DNA of 64,000 nucleotides from an uncultured Lactobacillus sp. GTDB taxonomy: Bacteria; Bacillota; Bacilli; Lactobacillales; Lactobacillaceae. This document shows positions 59,105 to 64,000 of this stretch, piece after piece. Position 1 is the stretch's first letter. The number at the start of each line of letters is the position of its first letter. The notes beneath the pieces are model-generated. The model was not told where the DNA came from. It ran no database searches and worked only from the letters and a program-made list of their open reading frames with translations. The translations under genes and the position numbers were made by a program. The DNA lies in contig CAJUNC010000011.1 of assembly GCA_910587695.1 (NCBI GenBank), positions 8,187 to 72,186 of the forward strand, given 5' to 3'.

Positions 59105-62100
59105 ATGGACAAGACAAAAGTGCAAACGACAAAGACGATATATCCACAAATTTACGCTTATATTTTACCTGAGATCAAACGTAAACGAGGATGGATAAAA
59201 ATCGGGTACACTGAAAAGAAAAATGTAGATGAGAGAATACAAGAACAAACCAAGACAGCAGATGTGGAATATCAAAAACTTTGGTCAGCTCCTGCAAAAT
59301 TCAATCAAAAAGATAGGTGGTTCAAAGACCATCAATTTCATGCATATTTAGAAAAATATAAGCATATAAGAAAACAAACTGGACATGAATGGTTTTATTA
59401 CAACGGGACCCCGACTAGATCTTGGGAAGATTACAAAGATTACATCGATCTGGATCTTGAACAAGCAAAAGAAGAATTAACATACACTCTTAGGTCTGAG
59501 CAAAAAAGAGCCGTTGAAAAGACATTAAAATATGCAAAAGAGCATCCACAAGGAGAATTTTTGTGGAATGCTAAACCAAGATTTGGAAAGACATTGACCA
59601 CATATGATCTGGCTTTGAGATTAAAAGCAAAGACTGTTTTAGTGGTGACCAATCGACCGGCGATAGCAACGTCATGGTTTGATGATTTTGAAAGATTTAT
59701 TGCCTGGCAGACAGATTATAAATTTATTTCCAACTCAAGTAGTTTAAAACATCGAGCGATCATGAGTAGAGAGGACTATCTTGCTAGTTTGGGGGATGAA
59801 AAAGGCGCTCAGATAACATTTGTTTCCCTTCAGGATCTAAAAGGGGCTAAAAGTTTTGGGGGTGTCCATGAAAAACTTGATTGGATCGCAGATCTAAAAT
59901 GGGATATGTTAGTGATAGATGAAAGTCATGAAGGCATTGCTACGTTAAAAACAGATATTGCTTTTGATAATATCAAGCGCAAGTTCACGTTGTATTTGTC
60001 AGGGACTCCTTTTAAGGCACTCGCATCTGGAAAGTTTAAAGACGATCAGATCTACAATTGGACATATGCCGATGAACAAAAAGCAAAAGCAAACTGGCAA
60101 GATGTTGAGCAAAATAATCCATATTCAGATCTGCCTCGGCTGAATCTTTTTTCATATCAAATGAGCCCGATGATCACAGAAAAAATTGAGCAAGGGGCAC
60201 AAATAGATGGTAAAAATATGGATTATGCTTTTGATTTAAATGAGTTCTTTGCAACTAAAGATAATGGAGATCTTGTCTATAAAAAACAAGTGCTGAAATG
60301 GTTAGATACTCTGGCAAAAAACGAAAAGTACCCATTTTCAACGCCTGAATTGCGGACCGAGTTAAAGCACACATTTTGGATCTTGGATCGGGTAGCGAGT
60401 GCTAAAGCTTTAATGAAACTACTAAAAAAGCATGAAGTATTTAAAGATTATAAGATCGTTTTGGCAGCTGGTGATGGTAAAGTGACAGACGACCAAAAAA
60501 TAAATGAGAGCTCCTTAACTAGGGTAAAAGAAGCTATTCGTAAAAATGATAAAACGATCACATTATCAGTGGGACAATTAACAACTGGGATAACTGTACC
60601 AGAGTGGACTGCTGTATTGATGCTCTCGAATATGAGATCACCTAGTCTTTATATGCAGGCCGCTTTTAGGGCACAAAATGCGTGGCGTTACGAAGAAAAT
60701 GGTTTGTCCAAACGTAAAGAAAATGCCTATGTCTTTGATTTTTCACCAGAACGTACGTTGATGATCTATGATGAATTTGCTAACAACTTATCTAATAGAT
60801 CATCTGAGGTTTTAGATGTTGATAAACGCCAAAGGAAGATCAGACAATTATTGAATTTCTTTCCTGTGATCGCTGAAGATAGTACAGGTAAGATGACAGA
60901 ACTCGATGCAAAACAGGTGCTGACGATGCCTAAAGTACTGAAAGCAAAAGAAGTTGTAAAACGAGGCTTTATGTCCAATTTCTTGTTTAAAAATATATCG
61001 GGTATTTTTTCTTCCCCAGAGGCTAAAGAGATCTTAGAAGACCTAAATCCACTACCTAAAAATAAAAATGTTCCTCAAAATAATCGTGTAAAAGTCGACA
61101 CAAAAGAAATTGAGTTGGATGAAAATGGAGCAGTAAAGATTCGTCCGGAGATAGTCATTGGTGAAAATAAAGCACACTTTGGAGAAAAGGTATATAAAGA
61201 AATGGAAGAAGAGATCGAGAATTCGGAAAGTGCCAAACTCCAAACGTTAGCTAGTCAGATATTTAAAAAGCGTACATTAGAAGCAACTAAAGCTCTAGCA
61301 AAAGAAAAGGGATTGACGACTAAACAAGCAGAGAAGATCACAAACTTAGGAGCTAAAGCAGTGGCGCGTGAGGTAGAAGAGATCCAAATAAAAAATAATA
61401 TCAGAAAAAATAAGGTGAAAAAAGAATTTGAATTACGCAAAGCTGAGGCACAGCTGGATAGCAAAGCCTTGCAAAAGATCGAAGAGCAGTTACAACAAAA
61501 AATTCAAAAAGTAGAAAGCGAAGTTGTTACACAAGTTAAAGAGACTTTACAAAAGTATACGCTAAATTCTACTGAGAAGATCATGCAAAAGGTGCAAAAA
61601 AAAGATAAACAGCAAGTAGAAGACGATGTGCGCTCACGTTTGCGCGGTTTTGCTAGAACGATCCCTTCATTTTTGATGGCTTATGGGACAGAGAATACCA
61701 CATTAGCTAATTTTGATAAAAATATCTCAGATACAGTATTCAAGGAAGTGACAGGGATCTCACTTGAACAATTTAGAGTATTACGGGATAAGTATCGCTT
61801 TTTTGACGAAATCGTGTTTGATGAGTCGATCCAAGCTTTTTTAGCTAAGAGAAAGGAGTTAGCTAACTACTTTGATGAAAATTTAAAGGAAGATATCTTT
61901 AGCTATATTCCCCCACAAAAGACTAATCAGATCTTTACGCCAAAAGAGACAGTCAAACTGATGGTAGCTGAATTGCAAAAAGAAGAGCCAAACATTTTTA
62001 GTGATCCTGATAAAACATTTGCGGATCTATATATGAAATCTGGGTCATATATTACTGAGATCGTCAAACGCTTATATATTGGGTTGGCAGATGTAATACC

Positions 62101-62338
62101 AGATCAAAACAAGCGGATCAAGCATATCTTAGAAGAGCAAGTTTATGGTTTTGCTCCAACGGAGATCATTTATCGGATAGCTCACAATTATATCTTTGGT
62201 TTTTATGATGAAGTTGATAAGATCGATGATTCACATATCGTTTTACTAGATACGACTTCATTTGCTTGCAATGAAGCTAGCGGTAGTTTAGCTGAAAAAT
62301 GTGATGAATTATTTGGAGGAAGTAAAGATGAAATTTGA
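59105..62338 (+). CDS. Fusion protein: T5orf172/GIY-YIG-like head, SF2 helicase (type III-res/DEAH-like), K/E-rich helical spacer, methyltransferase N-lobe (motifs X, I, II/III)
   Basis: Head: YAYILPE...GWIKIGYTE...DERI...GHEWFY. Helicase: motif I AKPRFGKT (59570-59593), motif II MLVIDESHEG (about 59903-59935), motif III LSGTP and a motif VI-like QAAFRAQN. The C-terminus has IFTPKETVKLMV (motif X), FADLYMKSGSY (motif I-like) and VYGFAPTEI. The ORF stops before any NPPY. Confidence 0.75.
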   Translation: MDKTKVQTTKTIYPQIYAYILPEIKRKRGWIKIGYTEKKNVDERIQEQTKTADVEYQKLWSAPAKFNQKDRWFKDHQFHAYLEKYKHIRKQTGHEWFYYNGTPTRSWEDYKDYIDLDLEQAKEELTYTLRSEQKRAVEKTLKYAKEHPQGEFLWNAKPRFGKTLTTYDLALRLKAKTVLVVTNRPAIATSWFDDFERFIAWQTDYKFISNSSSLKHRAIMSREDYLASLGDEKGAQITFVSLQDLKGAKSFGGVHEKLDWIADLKWDMLVIDESHEGIATLKTDIAFDNIKRKFTLYLSGTPFKALASGKFKDDQIYNWTYADEQKAKANWQDVEQNNPYSDLPRLNLFSYQMSPMITEKIEQGAQIDGKNMDYAFDLNEFFATKDNGDLVYKKQVLKWLDTLAKNEKYPFSTPELRTELKHTFWILDRVASAKALMKLLKKHEVFKDYKIVLAAGDGKVTDDQKINESSLTRVKEAIRKNDKTITLSVGQLTTGITVPEWTAVLMLSNMRSPSLYMQAAFRAQNAWRYEENGLSKRKENAYVFDFSPERTLMIYDEFANNLSNRSSEVLDVDKRQRKIRQLLNFFPVIAEDSTGKMTELDAKQVLTMPKVLKAKEVVKRGFMSNFLFKNISGIFSSPEAKEILEDLNPLPKNKNVPQNNRVKVDTKEIELDENGAVKIRPEIVIGENKAHFGEKVYKEMEEEIENSESAKLQTLASQIFKKRTLEATKALAKEKGLTTKQAEKITNLGAKAVAREVEEIQIKNNIRKNKVKKEFELRKAEAQLDSKALQKIEEQLQQKIQKVESEVVTQVKETLQKYTLNSTEKIMQKVQKKDKQQVEDDVRSRLRGFARTIPSFLMAYGTENTTLANFDKNISDTVFKEVTGISLEQFRVLRDKYRFFDEIVFDESIQAFLAKRKELANYFDENLKEDIFSYIPPQKTNQIFTPKETVKLMVAELQKEEPNIFSDPDKTFADLYMKSGSYITEIVKRLYIGLADVIPDQNKRIKHILEEQVYGFAPTEIIYRIAHNYIFGFYDEVDKIDDSHIVLLDTTSFACNEASGSLAEKCDELFGGSKDEI

Positions 62339-63392
62339 TATAGTTATTGGAAATCCGCCTTATCAAGAAAATGACAATGGAAAGCGCGATGATGGAGCAG
62401 CTAATGCATCTGCAAGCCCGATATATAACCATTTCTTTTATTTAGCAAGAGAAGTGGCACTAAAAAAAGTGAATCTTATTTTTCCAGCAAGATGGCTCAA
62501 TGGGGCAGGAAAAGGCTTAGGTGATTTTAGGCGAGATATGTTACAAGATCAACATATTAGATCCATGTCAGTATTTAAAAATGCAAGTATGTTATTTCCA
62601 AATACCGATATAAAAGGTGGAGTCTTGTATTTGACTTATGACAAAGAATATATCGGACCTGCCGATATCAGTGTTATCGATCATGACAAACAGCGATACG
62701 AGTTTAAGAGTTATTTAAATTCGGCTGGTTCAGGCGTATTTATTCCTTATGGTGAATTGGTAAGCATTTTTGAAAAGGTCTCGAAAGTAGCAGATATAGA
62801 TAAAAATAACATTCAATCTATAACTTCAGGATTAAAACCATATGGATTAAGAACAGATTTTTTTAAAGATCCATATAAATATAATCTCCCACCAATTTTT
62901 GGTACACCACAAAGCGCAGATGATATTGAAATTATAGGTTTGGATAGAATGAAAAGGATGAGTAGATATATATCAAAAGATTATCCACTTCCTAAAGGTA
63001 AAGAAACTATTGCTGAGTGGAAAGTATTTGGACCGTACGCCTATGGTTCAGGAGAATTTGGCGAATGCGTATCAGAGTTACTTATAGGGAGACCTGGTCA
63101 AATTTCGACCGAAACGTTCTTAGTGTTTGGACCGTTTGATTCGGAATATGAAGCAAACGCATTTAAAAAATATTTTTATACCAAATTTTTTAGAGCATTG
63201 GTGGGAATTTTAAAAACTACTCAGCATAGTACTACAACGTATGGCTTTGTACCACTTCAAGACTTTACCAAAAATTCAGATATAGATTGGTCGCTGAGTA
63301 TTTCAAAGATCGATCAACAATTATATGAAAAATATGGACTAGATCAAGAAGAGGTCGATTTCATCGAAAGTAAGGTCAGATCTATGGAATAG
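62328..63392 (+). CDS. Methyltransferase C-lobe starting at motif IV (FDIVIGNPPYQ) plus a specificity (TRD)-like C-terminal domain; Eco57I-type
   Basis: MKFDIVIGNPPYQ lies at the extreme N-terminus. The ATG at 62328 sits 7 nt after GGAGGA and overlaps the upstream ORF by 11 nt. The C-terminal LYEKYGLDQEEVDFIE tail is typical of Eco57I/TaqI-like TRD ends. Confidence 0.75.
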   Translation: MKFDIVIGNPPYQENDNGKRDDGAANASASPIYNHFFYLAREVALKKVNLIFPARWLNGAGKGLGDFRRDMLQDQHIRSMSVFKNASMLFPNTDIKGGVLYLTYDKEYIGPADISVIDHDKQRYEFKSYLNSAGSGVFIPYGELVSIFEKVSKVADIDKNNIQSITSGLKPYGLRTDFFKDPYKYNLPPIFGTPQSADDIEIIGLDRMKRMSRYISKDYPLPKGKETIAEWKVFGPYAYGSGEFGECVSELLIGRPGQISTETFLVFGPFDSEYEANAFKKYFYTKFFRALVGILKTTQHSTTTYGFVPLQDFTKNSDIDWSLSISKIDQQLYEKYGLDQEEVDFIESKVRSME

Positions 63393-63523
63393 TGAGCTTC
63401 TTCAGGCAAAATATCTTGGTGAAGGCTACTTGATCCTAGTTATTTTATTCTCCAGTTCAAATTTCTGATAAATTACTGACAAAGTAAAATAGTTCTATGA
63501 TCAATGTTGCCTGAGGATAGGAT

Positions 63524-63572
63524 TTTATCGCTCGTTTATCGCTAATTTATCGCTCGTAAAATGAGCGATAAA
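63524..63572. repeat. Three 11-bp-phased direct copies of TTTATCGCT plus one inverted copy (AGCGATAAA)
   Basis: Direct copies at 63524-63532, 63535-63543 and 63546-63554. The inverted copy is at 63564-63572. Confidence 0.8.
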
Positions 63573-63729
63573 CTGTTCCTTGGAGCATGAAAATATAAAT
63601 ACTACAGTAACTGCTAAACTGATCCAAAAGTCAATAGCAACAGCACGCAAGCATTTAGCTAAATTTGTAAGTTTAGGTCTTTTAGTGGCACAAGGAAGTA
63701 ATAAAAATCGCAGTTATCATAAGGTGTAG
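63565..63729 (+). pseudogene. Startless remnant of a C-terminal winged-helix domain gene (Fic/ATPase-associated wHTH-like)
   Basis: The frame reads ...TAKLIQKSIATARKHLAKFVSLGLLVAQGSNKNRSYHKV*, with no start codon after the upstream in-frame stop at 63562-63564. Confidence 0.35.
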
Positions 63730-63826
63730 AAGTACCCAGTTCAAATTTTAGAATTTCTGATAAATTAATGTTATAGTAAATAATGTAGAAACATTCTAAT
63801 TTATTTTGTCTTGGGAGGAATTTTAC

Positions 63827-64000
63827 ATGAAGTATGGAGAAACAAAGAAAGTTTTGAACCAACTTGTAGCAGATTTGAGCCAAATGTCGATGGTCATTCA
63901 TCAAACACATTGGTATATGCGTGGCACCAACTTTTTGAAGTTACACCCATTGATGGATGAATTTATGGATGAGATCAATGATCAACTCGATGTGATCTCA
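63827..64000 (+). CDS. dps: Dps-family DNA-protecting ferritin-like protein (3' end beyond the window)
   Basis: [46 protein letters not shown]... is the conserved Dps helix A/B region. GGGAGGA RBS. The ORF runs off the window, so it is absent from the ORF track. Confidence 0.88.
   Translation, partial: MKYGETKKVLNQLVADLSQMSMVIHQTHWYMRGTNFLKLHPLMDEFMDEINDQLDVIS

Larger units (their letters stand above)
57378..63708. mobile_element. Putative integrated genomic islet (recombinase plus RM-like operon) bounded by the 15-bp direct repeat GGAAGTAATAAAAAT
   Basis: The identical 15-mer occurs at 57378-57392 and 63694-63708. A recombinase gene lies next to the left repeat. The cargo is a defence-type operon, with scar sequences at the right end. 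Confidence 0.5.

Noticed and set aside
62363-62373. Partial match (AGAAAATGACA) to the recombinase-flanking inverted repeat, just downstream of the NPPY codons
   Set aside because: Only about 9-10 contiguous matching bases, which is expected by chance in 64 kb on two strands.
63524-63572. Possible CRISPR array
   Set aside because: The repeats are only 9-11 bp, are contiguous without spacers, and no cas genes are present. They are reported instead as an iteron-like array.
63659-63910. 83-aa minus-strand ORF
   Set aside because: It overlaps the dps start and RBS and the wHTH remnant on the opposite strand. It is AT-rich junk-like sequence.

Overview
The window looks like a chromosomal segment of a low-GC Firmicute, probably a Lactobacillaceae-type genome. 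That is inferred from gene content and from Bacillus-like yha/ytm/ytp/polA-dnaI-thrS gene order. All protein calls come from reading the supplied translations against motifs I remember; no searches were run. About 57 kb is ordinary housekeeping sequence: purH-purD, a standalone tRNA-Gly, T-box-controlled argS and thrS, argR, a class A PBP, yhaM, prsA, hit-ecsAB, trmB, an SftA-like FtsK translocase, murC, polA-mutM-coaE-nrdR-dnaB-dnaI, a GH36 alpha-galactosidase locus and oleate hydratase. Four things stand out. (1) A roughly 6.3 kb islet at 57.38-63.71 kb is bounded by a 15-bp direct repeat. It carries a catalytic-core-only tyrosine recombinase bracketed by perfect 17-bp inverted repeats, followed by a tightly coupled three-gene operon. 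That operon encodes a methyltransferase-like protein with no NPPY motif, a 1077-aa fusion (T5orf172/GIY-YIG-like head, SF2 helicase, K/E-rich spacer, N6-adenine methyltransferase motifs X/I), and a separate ORF starting at motif IV (NPPY) with a specificity-like C-terminus. The layout is colinear with Type ISP restriction-modification enzymes but has a different nuclease head and a split methyltransferase. This is the best candidate for an undescribed defence system. (2) GATC is strongly over-represented across the window, apparently through context-dependent codon choice. (3) A 1.1-kb GATC-free patch at 39.16-40.26 kb holds an orphan gene that abuts an ABC exporter. (4) A sigma-54/LevR-type controlled cellobiose-family PTS operon contains an Eis-like GNAT and a MupG-like (DUF871) gene. 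No CRISPR array, rRNA gene or IS transposase was seen.
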